Assembly: GCF_009914755.1 (NCBI RefSeq)
Contig: NC_060939.1
Reading direction: 5' to 3' (one strand)
Length of the DNA stretch: 64,000 nucleotides
Origin: the human T2T-CHM13v2.0 reference genome, Homo sapiens
The notes below the pieces were generated by a model. It was given only the letters and a program-made list of their open reading frames with translations. It did not search any database and had not been told where the DNA came from. This document shows positions 30,701 to 45,559 of the stretch, piece after piece (position 1 is the first letter of the stretch; each line of letters begins with the position of its first letter). Both the position numbers and the translations under genes were made by a program.

Positions 30701-31640
30701 GGTGAAACCCCGTCTCTACTACAAATACAAACTAACCGGACGTGGTGGCGGGTGCCTGTAATCCTAGCTACTCAGGAGGCTGAGGAGGTGAATCACTTGA
30801 ACCCGGGAGGCAGAGGTTGCAATGAGTTGAGATCACAGACTGTACTCCAGCCTAGGTGACAGAGCAAGGCTCTGTCTTAAAAAAAAAAAAATCTACATGT
30901 AAAAATACAATAAACATACTGGAAGAAACTTTAGGATAATATATGCACAGTCTTCAAATCAGGGTAACCCTCTTAAGAAATTCAGAAAAATGTAGATACC
31001 ATGAAGGAAATAAGTGGATAGATTTCACATCAGAAAAGAATGCTGACAAAGAGAACCATATGCAAAGTTAAAAGACAAAAACATTTTTGTCGATAAATAT
31101 TTCAGTGCATATGACAAAGGATTGTTATTGCCAATATGGAAGTTCCTACAAATTGATATATTTTAATTTAATAGAAAATGAGATAAGGGATGGACGTGGA
31201 CAGTTTACAGAAGAAGAAATGTAAATGGCCAGCAAGGCTAACAAAAGGTGATCAAACTCATTAGTAACCAAGGAGGCATTTCCATTAATCAGCCTAGCAA
31301 AAACTAAAATGACTGATAACATCCAGTTCTGATGATGGTGTGGGGAAATGGATGCTTTCTTACCAATCTTTTTGGAAAGATCTCAGGCATTTAAAATGTT
31401 CATTTTTCATGGCCAGTGGTCTCAGTTTGGGAATTTTACTATAATAAAAACATCTGTGCATTGGAATGTATGTAAGATTTATTGTGATGTTGTATGTGTA
31501 GTAGGAGAGAAAACATTGAAACCAGGATAAACATAATGAATAAATTAATAAACTGTGGTTCATCCATAGTATGGAATATTACAAAAGAAATTCTCTAAAT
31601 CTATCTTGATTGGCATAAAAGATTATGTGAACAAAATCGC
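27740..31640 (+). mobile_element. Cluster of old L1M fragments (ORF1 region 27740-28760; ORF2/3' pieces 29100-31640)
   Basis: ttgaaagcaaccagagaaa, tacctagaaaactcaaga, gacagtttacagaagaagaaat motifs. Confidence 0.7.
30601..30891 (+). mobile_element. AluS
   Basis: Full Alu; TSD atctacacgtaaa / atctacatgtaaa. Confidence 0.92.
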
Positions 31641-33114
31641 ATTTCAGAATTATTTGCTTTAGGAACTAACAGAGAAAGCCACTGGCTTCTTACCCATAAT
31701 GATATTCCATACCTCTTCTGTTTATCTCAGGCTCTCATTTTCAAGACCCTAAAGACTTCCCCATTTCTGTTTCCTTCTGTATTTGGGTTCTCTTTACCTC
31801 TTTGCCACTTATCAGTCCCTTTCCTGTCTACCATACTGTGGTCAGATATTTGGTAAAAAACAAAACAAAACAAAGAAAAAAAAACCACACCTAACAGTCT
31901 TCCCCGTGAATTAAAACCATCTAACTTCAGCTAATATTCCTGGCCTCCTTCCCCTGTCCATCCATACCCTGCATGCCTGTTTCCAGCACTGTTGAAACCA
32001 AGACGTAGCCATATTCTTTCAGGCTTCTGTACTGCTGCACATGCTGTTCCCTCTGCTTGGAATGCTCATAACACATTTCCATTTATTCCAGGTGAGTTGA
32101 ACATTAAGTCAGATATTGTCTTATCTTTAAAATCTCCCCTAATTCCCTGGACAGAGTCAGTCAACCCTTCTTTGCCCCCACATTAGAATAATTGTAATGA
32201 TTTTCTCCCAAAGGAAGGGTTCATTCTTGTTTTTCTTAATTTAAGTATCTTAACTGACTGGCATATAGTAAGTGCTCTGGAAATGTTTTCTGATGGAGAG
32301 AAAGAACAAATGAAGAAACTTTTAAAAAATAAATGAATCAAGGGCTTCTGGCTTCCAGTCCTGTCCCCTAAGCTTCATTGCTTGTATCTGGTCAAGGTTA
32401 GTGATATTATTTCATGTTGTCTTCAGAGCCAAGGTTTGTTGGCCAGCTGTTTGTCATTAGACAAGAAAAGTATTGAGGCTCTTAGGTTACCCAATGGTTT
32501 CACACAAGAAATAGAATGAGATTGGATTTGTGAGTTTCGGTAACACTGCAGCATTAGGAACGAGGACATCTCTGCCTTCTGGTTATGAGTGGCTGCAGGG
32601 AATAGGGCATGACTTGGCTTATTGAGTATGCCAAGAATATTTTCCCCACAAGTTTATGGAAGGATCCAATAAAGTTATCTTCTGCCATTTAAAATCTATT
32701 TGCTTTGTGGGTTTAAGTTTTTCTATACAAAAATTCTATTAAACCAAGATGCTGTTACTCAACAAAGTACTCTTTTTTTTTCTTTTAATTTTGAGAGTTT
32801 CAGAAAAACACGTACTTGGAGAGGGTAATAAAATTGGGAAAAGTAAAATTTACAAAGCAAATTGTGTACGGCCTAAGAAGGAAAGTTCCTTTAAAGTTCA
32901 TCCTTGCTGGAAGTGACTGGGCCTCAGCAATGATTTAGCTGAGTTCCAACTGATGAGTTTAGATTGCTGGGCCAGGTTTTATGAAGGAACCCGGGATAGC
33001 ATCTGTTCACTTTGAAAAGAATTCTGGCAATTCAGCAGTGTCATAAATTTTCAAATGTATATTTTGATTAACACATTTTATTGGCACCCATATTCTTTTC
33101 CTTATTGCTAATAA

Positions 33115-33399
<285 letters not shown>

Positions 33400-34861
33400 T
33401 AAAAAAAAAATTATTGTGGTAAAATACACATAACACGAAAGTAACCATTTTATCCATCTTTAAGTATACAGTTCAGTGGCATTAAGTCCATTCACATTGT
33501 TGTGCAACAGGATTTTTCTAATAAGAAAAATAGTTTTGATATTTTATTAACACTGATCACTTTAGCACCCCCTACAGGCACAGAGAAGCATTCTTAAAAA
33601 ACGTGGTTGTCAGTTGCAAAGCACGGTGCTTAAAAGTTCAAGTTTTAAGTAAGGAACTTGGTGTTTGGGAATGTGTATTTGGTTGAAGTAAAAGGCTGGC
33701 AGTAGGAAATTTGGAAAGATCTTGTCCTCAAAGTTGGATACGTCAATAGAGCAGGTTTTTGCCTTGCCGCCTCCTCGCATCTCAGCAATATGTAGACCTA
33801 AAGGAGGTAGAAGTACTGGGAGCCGTTGGCAGTACTGTCGCAGCATGCCAGCTAAAATTTGGAAAGGATTTGGCCGTGCACAGATTTGATAGGTATTGTG
33901 GGTGTATGTCTGAAATGCTTTAAGACAGCGCTAGGCAATATTAATATGAAAAATACATTTCAGGTGTTTTTAAAACTGTGAAATGTTTCGTCTTTACTTA
34001 AAAAAGAGTCCATACAAAAACATCTCACATTAACCTTCCAGAAATGCCTAGTGCAAAGTTAAGTTGGTTTTAAAAGCTAAACAGAAAATTATAGTTGTTC
34101 ACCAATCAGTCAATTCCATTTTTCTAAGTGTTATTGATGAGTCTGGACAGATATAAAAGGTAAAAAGATGATTTGTATCTCCTTCCCAAAGATGAGTTGA
34201 TAATTTTTAGATTTCACCTCAGCATGACCATGCCTCTTTCTGTTGGATGCTCATCATCAGTAGAAACCCAGTGTAAATGTGTCTTCAAGATTGCCTGGGC
34301 CACTGGGATGTTTTGCTTTAAATGTCTGTTTTGTGTAGCTCAGACTAAGCTGGGAAGGAAGCTCCCTGCTTTTATTAATGACAGCTTATGAGAGTAAGTC
34401 AAGCAAACGCTTGGTTTCATTATTTTTCATTCTTTTTTTATTTCCTCCTTTTCATTCTCTTCAATAAATATGATTTAGCCTTGGTGGAGGATTGATACTA
34501 AATGCCTGATAGATTAGGGAGAACTTAATGAAACTCAGTTTTAGTCATCAGTTCCAAAAATTCTCTGACTCTTATTAAAGTTTCAAAGTCCTCTTTGGGT
34601 GAATTATTCCTTTTTGATCTTTGTTCTTAAAAAATATTTTATCTCACTTATTCCTTGCCTCTACCTCAGGACAGCTTCTGGCTCTTAAAATGAGTGAATT
34701 TGTGTTTTCTTTTAGTATCAAAAATATAAAAAAAAAATTTCATTTTCAAATGTTAGATTTTTATTCAGTGTGTATCAATCAGATAACAGAATTTTCAACA
34801 TGAAGTACTTTTAAGTAACTGAACTTATTTGGTAACAAATATTTTAAGAAGCGTAGTTTAA

Positions 34862-35071
<210 letters not shown>

Positions 35072-38000
35072 TAATCATGCCTAAGTGGGCACCAGGGTTT
35101 ACACCCAGGCAAGGGGTGGCAGGTGGGGAGGGGAGAGGCTGTGCATGAAAGCATTAAGTCAGCAGTTTTAAAGGGGCATAACATGCTTCCTGAGAAACAG
35201 CTAAATGAAACGATGCTCACTTTCAACATCACAAGAAAACTGGACTTGCCTTTATTAATTTTTTGGTCATGTGCTGGACAGTTTTATTGTATATATTATT
35301 TAGAGGAGCTCATTCTTTGTGAGAATGTTTTCCTGCTATTTCCCTATTCACAGTAGCCTTTAGGCAATAAGGGATGCAAGAAAAAAAAATGTGTTACATA
35401 ACGGGATGAGCCCAGCTCTTTTGCTTGGTTGGTGTTGCTAACTGAAAATGTGTGATTGAGTTCTCTGTATGTGTGTGTGTTTGTGTGCATGCGCACACAC
35501 ACACATTTCTGTTTTGAATTTTTAACCCTTCCAAATGGCATTCTCATGCCACTCTTTATTTCTTGGCACATTGCCTTGAATTTGCGAAGAATGTTCACTA
35601 AGTAAAACCCCAATAGTTCTACTTTAAAAAAAGGATAGCAGCTAAAGATAGGCTCTCAAATGAAAAATTCCCCACTTGCACAACCTTAGTTTATGGGCTT
35701 CCTAAATTTAGGAAACTAAATTTAAACTTTTTCTAAGTTTGAATTTTTTAAGTAAAAAAAAGTACTATAGTACCTCATTTATCACCATCAAATGTATTTC
35801 ATATGAGTAAATTTTCCACATAACTGAAGCCATTACCCCTCTTTCCATGCCAAAAAGCATTTTGCTTGTAATCATGTTAATAGAAACCTCTCCAAGATTT
35901 TCTTTCCCTCCTTCGTTTCTTAGTCCATGCAAGATAGGCAATATGGGGCAGTGTTCAGAGCATGGACTTTGCACCCGACAAGTCTGGCCCTTCTGTTGTG
36001 AGAACGTGGGCAGGCTGTGGGACTTCTCAAAATGGGGATACAACAGCCTGCGTGGCAGGGCCATGTGAGGCTTGGCAGATGAGAAAGGCACACACCTGGC
36101 ATGTAAGAGGTATTCAACAAATGGTAGTTCCCATTTACATAGCTCTACTCACGCCATCCCAAAACCGTGTTTATCTTTTTCTTCCTCTGGATAATCCTGT
36201 TTTGCTATATTTCACTTCCTATTTCAATCTTCTGTATTTTTAATGTTTCCTGCTTACAGGAGCCCTCCTCCAAATCTTTCTAATTTGCTACTTCTAAGGT
36301 GATCAGATAACCAGATTTGGTGGAATTGCATTTAAATTAGAATAAAAATAATTGAATTGGGTTCTGACTGTATTACTACATGAATAAAATTAACAAATAA
36401 AATAGATACGTTTATGAGAATCTTACAGTGGTGAAGTGCACAGGCCCTGATTCCAACTCCACAAGGCCACCTCAGGCAACTTACTGACCATCCCTGAGCT
36501 TAGTCTTTTCATCAATAGAATGGGAATAATAATAATATCTATTTAATAGGGTCATTGTGAGAATTAAATGTGATCATCCCTGTGAAGAGCCCAGGATGGT
36601 GTCTGGCAAGTAATAAAAAGCAAATGTTAACTATTATTATCTATTTTTGTAGTTTAGAGATTTTTTATTTCTTATTTTTGCTGTGTTTTTAGCAAATGAT
36701 CTTTATATTAGCAAGATATCATCACAGGAAAATCTTAACTAATTCATTAAACTACAGTTCAAACCCTTATGCATTGTTATTATGCAGTTTCCTATAGAAG
36801 ACATTTCCTTATTGAAAATATGAAAATGTAAACAAAATGATAGGGTCAGGATGCTCAGTAGCCAATCAAATTCTGAATACCTGTTTTTAAAATTAAACTT
36901 TTTTAATCTTGGCAATTCATTTACGAAAATAAAGTAGATCCTTCAAATCACTTTTATGTTATCTTTATATGAAATTTGGGGAATTTAGTCAGTACTTGCA
37001 TTTTCCATTTACTGTTTAATTTCCCTGCTACAACTTAGAAATGTAGTGTGACTAATCTATTGTTTCAGAACATAAATATTATTAATTTCATAAAATGAGT
37101 ATATCAAGTACATAGGACTAAGGCAATGTCCTTTTCTTGCATAAAGCCAGAGTGCCTCTGTTTATAGCAGAGATGAAATGCCAAGATACAAACATGGCTT
37201 TCTGTGGGAAGTTAATGGTAGGGTCTGAAATTGAGAGTTTGTGGCTTTCATTCAGCCCACCAGGCTGTGCTCCTTCCCATGTTGCCATGGAGATTGTATT
37301 AAAAGCACCGGCTTCAGTTTCTACCATAGTCTTAAAAGTACTTCCTTTTGTAGTTGAAAACCAAATACTTGAATCTCCAGTAGCTTGTTGCTGAAAATAT
37401 TTTTTAATATCATAAACTCTAAAAGATCTTTCTAAGTTTTCTAATATATTCAGTTGTTTGCATTGCTTGTCATAAAATACATTATATCAGCCAATATCTA
37501 AATTAATGTGAACATCTGGCATTATTTCAAAAAGGAACATATTGAATATTCTTCTAAAATACCAAATTCAGTGGAAGTGTTAGTTTCAACCTAAATTTAA
37601 TACAGAGTGAAGTAAAAAGAAATGACAGTATTTTGCATAAACAGTAAATACCCAAACTTTCAAATATTTATAGCAAAGAAGAATAGCTAGTAAATTCATG
37701 ACTTTTGATCCTGTAGGCATAGCAAATTTTCACTTTCAAAACTTATTGTTCATTTATTAAAATGGAGAACTTCAACATAGAAGATTATTTCTTAATAAAA
37801 TAACATGTCTCTTTTCCCAAGCATGTATGGGTCTTACAAGTTCCATATTTCCCAGTAGGAAACCAGGCTACCAGAGTTTTTCAGGGGCATTGGGTTAGTT
37901 TGCCAGGGATGCTGCAACAAAGTGCTGCAAACTGGGTGACTTAAACAACAGAAATTTATTGTATCTCAGTTTTGGAGGCTGGAAGTCCAAGATCAAGGTG

Positions 38001-38243
38001 TCAGCAGGGTTGGTTCCTTCTGAGGCTGTGAGGGAGGGATCTGTTCCAGGCCTCCATGGCTTGTAGATGACCATCTTCTCCCTTCGTCTCTTCACATCAT
38101 TTTCTCTTTATGAATGTCTGTCTCTGTGCACAAGTTTTCTCTTTTTATAAGGACACCATTCATATTGGATTAGGGCCTACCCTAATGACCTCATCTTACC
38201 TAACTATTATATATGCAAGGACATTGTTCCCAAATAAGGTCTC

Positions 38244-38589
38244 TATATTAGTCAGCACAGGCTGCCATAACAAAATGACAGGGTGGCTTAAACAGCAGAA
38301 ATTATTTTCCCATAGTTCTGGAGGAAAGAAGTCTGAAATCAAGGGGTCAGCATGGTTGCGTTCTGGTGAGGGCTCTCTTCCTAGCTTGCAGGCAACCAAC
38401 TTCTCATCGTCTCCTTACATGGCAGAGAATGTCTCTTCTTATAAGGGCACAAATCCTATCATGAGGATTCCACCTCATGACCTCATTTAAACCAATTATC
38501 TCCCAAAGACCTCCTCTCCAAATGCCCTCACACTGGGGGTTTGGGCTTCAACATATGAATTTAGGAAGGAAACAGTCCAGTCCATAATA
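38244..38589 (-). mobile_element. MLT1A-like LTR nested in MLT1B/C
   Basis: 5-bp TSD gtctc / gtcac. Confidence 0.75.
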
Positions 38590-38682
38590 GTCACATTATG
38601 AGGTACTAGAGGTTAGGACTAAAGCACAGGAATTTTGGGGGCTATACAATTCAACCCATAACAGTCTGCGTTCTGGCCCCAC

Positions 38683-39907
38683 TGAGATAAAAAAAAAATG
38701 TTTTCTCCTGCTCTTACATAGTCACTCAATACTGAATATAACACTGAATGTTTCACTTCTTGTCACCAAAATTTGTGGGAAGTTCTCCCCACCAGCAACC
38801 AGTCAGTCAGTTCTCCAGTAGACACTAGCTGGGTGTCCTGTAAGGCCATCAGTTTCTAGACACTATCTTACTGGAGATAGCATTAGATCCCACAGGTTAA
38901 GGGCTCAGTCCCACAAGACTGCCTCCACTTAAGATGCTAGTTGCAAGTTGTAGATTGTCACCTGTACTTCTGACCAACCAGCTATAAAATCAGGGTTCCC
39001 AATACCTCCTTCTCATGTTCAGTTAATTTGTTAGAGTGGCTCACAGAGCTCATGGAAACACGTAACTGTTTTATCTGTTTTATTCTGCTATGACAGAGTA
39101 ATTGAGATTGGGTAATTTATAAAGAAAAGAGGTTTATTTGGCTCATGCTTTTGGAGCCTGGGAAGTCCAAGATCGAGTGGCCACGTCTGGTGAGGGCCAT
39201 CTTGCTGCATCATAACATGTCAGAAGGGCAGCAGGCACAAGAGACAAAGAAAATCAGACCAAACTTGTCCTTTTCATCAGGAACCCCCTCCCACGATAAC
39301 TAACCCACTCCTGTGATAACGGCACTCATGAGGGCAGAGCTCTCATGACCTAATCACCTCTTAAAGGCCTTACCTTCTAATATTGTCATATTGGCAATTA
39401 AATGTCAACATAAACTTCGGAGGGGACATTCAAACCATAGCACTTGAGTTCACTGGTTTATTATAAAAGATACAGGTGAACAGCCAGATAGAAGAGACAT
39501 ATAAAGCAAGGCTTGTGGGAATAAATATGGAATTTTCATGCCTTCTCTGGGCATGCCATCTTCCAGCTATCCCAGAGCTCTCCAAACCCAGTCCTTTGGG
39601 CTTTTATGGAGGCTTCATTACATAGACATGATTAATTAAACCATTGATGATTGGTGATTGGCACAACTTTCAGCCCCCCTCCCCTCCCCAAAGGTCAAGG
39701 ATGGGGCTAAAAGTCCCAACCCTCTAATTGTGTCTTGGTCTTTCTGGTGACCAGCACACATCCTGAAGCTACCCAGGGATTCCCAAGCCACCAGTTGTCT
39801 CATTAGCATATGAATGATACTCTAATCACTTAGGAGATTTCAGAGTTTTAGGAGCCATATGTCAGGAAACAGGGTCTAAGACTAAATATATATTTCACAA
39901 TACCACA
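38683..39907 (-). mobile_element. MER21-like LTR nested in the MLT1 internal region
   Basis: ggttaagggctcagtcccacaagactgcc motif; ends tatttcacaataccaca. Confidence 0.75.
39067..39442 (-). mobile_element. MST (MSTB-like) LTR nested in MER21
   Basis: gggtaatttataaagaaaagaggtttatttggctca ... attcaaaccatagca. Confidence 0.8.
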
Positions 39908-41179
39908 TCCCCCAAAACTCATGTCCTCACATGCAGAATGAATTCACCCCATCCCATGCCCAGAAAGTCCTAAATCTATTTCAGCATCAACCCTTAAGTT
40001 CAAAATCTCATCTTAAATATCTAAATCAGGTATGGGTCAGGACATAATTCATCCTGGGGCAAAACTCTCCAGCTATGAACCTATGAAACCAGATAACAAT
40101 TTATCTGCTTCTAGCATGTAATGTTGGGACAGGAATAGGATAGACATTCCTATTCCACAAGTGAGAATGCTAGAAGGAAAAAAAGGGGTCACAGGTCTCA
40201 AGTCTAAAATCTAGAAGGTGAAATTCCATTAGATTTTAAGGCTTAAGAATAATCCTCTTTGGCTCCACACTCTGTTCTCTGGGCCCAGTGGGGTGGCAAT
40301 CACACCCCCTTAGTCCTGGATGAACCAAAGAGGTTGCCCTGCCCCTGGAATTGAGAAGGTTGCCCTACCCTTGGGCTTTTTCTTCTCTTTAAGTATAACA
40401 TATGTTTGCATCTAGGTAGTTCTTTTGGCCATCCTGCCTAAAATCCCAGAAGTCTGACAGCATTTCTTCATCTCATCCCATTTCTGTCCTGTTCAGTACA
40501 AGCTAGCAGTATTTTTGCTGAAATAGTTGATGATCCAGAAGTCACATACCTAATCTGTTTGCAAACCATTGTCCAGCCACACTGTTGGTGTTCTCTTTCA
40601 TGTTTTACAATATGAATAGGCTGAGAATTCTCCAAATCTTCAAGTTCTGGTTCCTTATGCTTAATAATAATGTGCTCAATTCATCTCTCTCCTCTTGTAT
40701 TTTACTCACATCTATAAGCAGCAAGAAGAAACCAAGCTGTGCCTTCAACACTTTGCTTAGAAATCTCCTCAGCCAAATATCCAAGTTATCACTTACAAAT
40801 TCTGCTTTCCATCCAACAGAACACAATTCACTCAAGTCCTTTGCTACTTTATAACAAGGATCACCTTTCTTCCAGTTTCCAATAATACATTCCTCATTTG
40901 CAGTCTGAGACCTCACCAGAAGCATCTTTAACATTTTTATTTCTAGCAACATTCTGTTCCTGACAATGTATTTTCTAAGACATTAGAAACTTTATAGCTC
41001 CTGCCTTTCTTTTGTGAGCCCTCACTAGATTCTTCTTTATTTCTCCCAATAATCTCTTTTCTATCACTCACCTCAAAATTCTTCCAGCCTCTATTCATTA
41101 CTTCATGTCAAAGCCACTTCCACATTTTTAGGTATTTGTCACAGCAGCATCCCACTTCCTGATAGCAAAATTTCTCACA

Positions 41180-41577
41180 TTGAAAGAGAGAGAATGACTG
41201 ATTTTAAGAAATTGGCTCACACAATTGCAAAGGCTGGCGCGTTCAGAACTGGGGCAGACTGGCGGCCTGGACGTTGAGGTTAGAGTTGAAGTTGCAGTGT
41301 TGAGTCTGAATTCTGCGGGGCACCAGGCTGGAAACTTAGGCAGGGATTCTTTATTGCAGTCTTAGGGAGAATACCTTCTACTTTGTTGCTCTTAAGGCCT
41401 TCAACTAATTGGATGAGGCCCACCCACACTATGGAGGGTAATCTGCTCAACTCAGAGTGTACTGATTTAAATATTAATCATATCTTTAAAAAATGCCTTA
41501 ACAGCAACAGCTAGGCTAGTATTTGACCAAACAAATGGGCTCCATAACCTAACCAAGTTGACACATAAAATTAACTA
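41180..41577 (-). mobile_element. MLT2-type ERVL LTR
   Basis: aattggctcacacaatt; ggatgaggcccacccac; ccaagttgacacataaaattaac. Confidence 0.75.
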
Positions 41578-42785
41578 AAAGGTCTTACTTTAATCACCAG
41601 GGTATTTTGAGACAGGAACTGTAGGTAGGCCGGTAACCCAATGGTTCTTCCCATATTGCTGGGTTAAGCTTTAGCCATAACGGGTAGTACAGAGTGCATT
41701 CAGGCTTTATTGCTGTGTTATCTCTGCTTTTGTGTAATAAGCCATGGCGTGCAATGGAAGAACCAGTAGTCCTGGGGATAAAGAGATCTAGTTTGGAAGT
41801 TGAGCTATTTTACTTTTCTTAGTACTGTAAGATAGGTACTATCATTAAGTTGAATCATACAAGTCATATGCGTATGGTCCAACCTGTGATATCCCTTTTA
41901 CAGGGCAAACAGGTACAGGAAGATTGCAAACTGGGCCAAGGTGTCATAGCAGAGCTGGGATTTGAACCCCAATAGTCTGGCTCCAAATCTGTGTTTTAGC
42001 CACTGTGCTGTTCAATTAGCTACTAAGTGGACCAGCATATTAGCATAGAGAAATCTCGAAATAAATAAACTTGTAAATAATGAGTTTAAATATACTTTCA
42101 ACTCATAAACTCATAAATACAAAATTAAATATTCTCTAACATTATGAACAAGGTACTTTCGAAATATATGTGTATGTGTACGTATGTACATATACACACA
42201 TGCACACGTGTGTGTGTGTATGGTTTGGGTGTTTGCACTAAAAAGTCCAGAAGGATGGAGCTCCAACTCTTTACTATGAGTATCTTGGGAAGGGGGGAAT
42301 GTGGAGTTATGAGGTAGTCAGGTGGAAGGAGAACTTTCATTTTCAACTCCATATACTTGGGATATAATTTTACAAATCTACAAAACAATATTTGAAAAAA
42401 AATTATTTCTAGAGGCATTGAAAAAGCCCTTTGCCTAAAACTGTATACATATTAAAAAAGAAAAGGAAAGATTGTTATGGCAAATTTTTTTGTTCAATTA
42501 CAAATGTTATTAAGCAAGTTACATAAAAGATTGCATAGTGTGATCCAGTCTTTGTCAAGCAATTATAGGTGTGAATATATGTGTATATCTATGTGCACAT
42601 ATATAGTAAATACATGCACATACACACATATTGAAACAATTGTGTATATATAGAAAAAGTCTTGGGAAGGACTCATACACCAAAGTAACAGTGGTTTCCT
42701 TTGAGTAGTGTTAAATTTTTGTAACAAACTGGTATTTGCTTTAGAAATTAAAAATATTTTTAATTATTAAAACATTAGTATGCCA

Positions 42786-42923
42786 GGTGCCTGTAATCCC
42801 AGCTACTGGGAGGCTGAGGCAGAATTGCTTGAACCTGGGAGACAGAGGTTGCAGTGAGCTGAGATCGCGCCACTGCACTCCAGGGTGGGTGACAGAGCAA
42901 GACTCTGTCTCAAAAACAAAAAC
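42786..42923 (+). mobile_element. 5'-truncated Alu (right arm only)
   Basis: Perfect 17-bp TSD aaaacattagtatgcca (42769-42785 / 42924-42940). Confidence 0.92.
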
Positions 42924-44562
42924 AAAACATTAGTATGCCAATGGCTTCTTGTAAAAAAAATTTTCAGGTTACTTCCAAGTAACTCAAAAGACTCATCCTC
43001 TTGTTTATTAATTTATCCAGTTGGTTAGCAAACACACTTCGAACATCTACTGCCAGCCGGGTGCTGTGGTAGGTGAGGGCTCCATGGGCTTCAATCAGGC
43101 CACTTTCAAGCTCAGATTTACATAGCTTGGTTCTTTCAGGAATTCTTGGTCTTCTGGGCCGGAGTGATTCTATGAGAGTGCCACATGTCTGAGTGATTGT
43201 TGTGCCTTGAGGTAAAGACCTGTTTGTTAGAGGGCCTGCAAAACTGACTTGGTCTTACAGTTTCCTTTTGTCTTTCAAAACAACTAATACTCCCTTCTCC
43301 CACTCACTAGTAGTTTATTTTTAAAATAAGCTCTTTTATATAATTCTTATCTGGTTTCCTCACTTATGAAATGTTTCATATTTCCTTACCCTTGCTTTTT
43401 GTGGCTACTGCTTCTTTGAAGCCAAGTAATATCAGTCACACCAACATTATTTGCATACTCATTTTGGGGATTTTGTTTTTCCTTTTGGCAGAAGCCTATT
43501 CGTTGGCACCCTCTTAAGGTGACTTATGAAATTTCCCACAAGTGAAATAGTCTTCAAAAATTTAAGTAAATTGTTCTTAGCTGTTTCTTCCTCCTTACAA
43601 CATTCAAAAATTATTTGTTGACCATCTGTCATGGGCTGTGCTCTGCAGTAGGTACTGAAAATTCTGCTTTGACCCCACCACCTAATTCTTTTCTCATACA
43701 TATCTCATTCCTAATGTCTAGGGCAATGACACAATCAAGAAAGAAGTCTGCTTGACATTTCTGTTTCTGTTTCTGCACACAGAATCTTCCCATGAGAGAC
43801 AGTCACTACTAACATAAATGCAACAAGCAGATACAATATGTTATTAGATGATTCTTGAGTAAGTTAATATGTACACAAGCTCAGGATTTTAACTTTGTCT
43901 TATAAATACTATTTTTTCTTTTGGCTTGACTTCCTGTACGAGTCAAATATATGCTTTGTGTTTTTAATCAGGAAACATATTTGCAGAAAAAATCGCACAT
44001 TTCTTATGATTTTTGTGGGCTCCAATATGTGCCAACAGCATTGTGATTCGTTCTTTTAAGGAATAGTGGTATTTCTGTATTTTAAAACCAAGCTGAAATG
44101 CTCTTTCTTCTGCCTTGCCTGTAAATATGCTCAAAGATTCTAAAGCAACAAATGTCATGTCTGATGTTCTTTGTAGAATTTATCAGCATCTTTTTCTTAA
44201 CTGTAGAGCTTATTGCTTAGCTCAAAGTGTTTCCCCAGACCTCTGATGTCTCTGGTGCCACAGTTCTGGATTTTAAAGGACTTAACCAACATGAATCCAT
44301 TCTTAAGGCAGCAGATTGGTTGGTGTACTTGTAATAACTCAGATTATTAATACAACAAGCAGATACAATATGTTATTAGATGAGTCTCCCAAAAGCAAAT
44401 AAGTACACAGCCTTGGGATTTATTTGTTGCACAAATATGAAACCTCCAGGTTACTCCACCCCCGTGAGCTTCATAAGTAGTTAATGATGATCCAAAGGAC
44501 ATTATCCTTTAATGAGTGTAAATCCCGTATCTTCATGGAATTGAATGCTTTTGCTTGGGAGC

Positions 44563-44939
44563 TGTTTTAGTCCGTTCTTATGCTGCTGTGCAGAAATACC
44601 CAAGACTGGGTAATTCATAAAGGAAAGAGGTTTAATTGACTCACAGTTCCACAAGGCTGAGGAGGCCTCAGGAAACTTAACAATCATGGCTCGAGGGGAA
44701 GCAAACATGTCCTTCACATGGCAGCAGGAGAGAGAACTGCTGAGCAAAGAGGGAAACGACCCTTATAAAACCATCAGATCTCATGAGAACTCACTCACTA
44801 TCACGCAAACAGGAGCATGGGGGTAACCACCCCCCCATGATTTAATCACCTCCCACCGGGTCCTTCCCACGACACATGGGGATTATGGGAATTACAATTC
44901 AAGATGATATTTGGGTGGGGACGCAGCTAAACCATATAA
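44563..44939 (-). mobile_element. THE1 (C/D-like) MaLR solo LTR
   Basis: Typical THE1 sequence; perfect 5-bp TSD ggagc. Confidence 0.9.
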
Positions 44940-45179
44940 GGAGCTTTATTTTTAAAAACTAAATGGCTGTGGTATGAAATGTATCCCTTGTATGAATGAT
45001 TTGCATTTAACATAATTATCTTTTGCTCCTTGTGTTAAGTTTCATCAGCGAATCCCCCAAAATGCACTTTCTATGTCTGTGGTTCTTTTCAATTGTGATT
45101 TATTCAAATGTATACATCCTGGTGTAGCATAAAAATTATTGGAACTAGGGTTCTAACCAACTTCATTTTTTAAAAAAAA

Positions 45180-45470
45180 TTATTTTTAAAATTTTTTTCA
45201 TTTCTAATTTTTGTGGGTACATAGTAGATATATATATTTATGGGGTACTTGAGATGTTTGATACAGGCATGCAATGCATAATAATCACATCATGAAAATC
45301 ACATTCCCTCAAGCATTTATTCTTTGTATTACTAACAATGCAATTATACAATTTTAGTTACTTTAAAATGCACAATTACTGACTGTAGTCACCCTGTTGT
45401 GCTATCAAATACTAGGTCTTATTCATTCTTTCTGATTACTTTTTGTACCCATTAACCGTTACCCAGCCAA
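45180..45470 (-). mobile_element. L1MA 3'-end fragment
   Basis: atttttgtgggtacatagtag...; flanked by ccaactt...ttttttaaaa duplication. Confidence 0.8.
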
Positions 45471-45559
45471 CTTTAATTTTTTAAAATTAGAGGTAATGCA
45501 AAAGTATCTAATAACTCAAAATTTACAGAATTTCCTGAGTTAAGAAAAAAATTCAAAAG

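Larger units (their letters stand above)
37891..41175 (-). mobile_element. MLT1B/C LTR (37891-38663) plus MLT1 internal region, interrupted by nested LTRs
   Basis: LTR ends ...caattcaacccataaca; internal sequence resumes at ~39908 and runs to ...cccacttcctgatagcaaaatttc. Confidence 0.75.

Noticed and set aside
35465-35505. (TG)n...(CA)n palindrome, similar one at ~42170-42220
   Set aside because: Low-complexity microsatellite symmetry; no miRNA or ncRNA evidence
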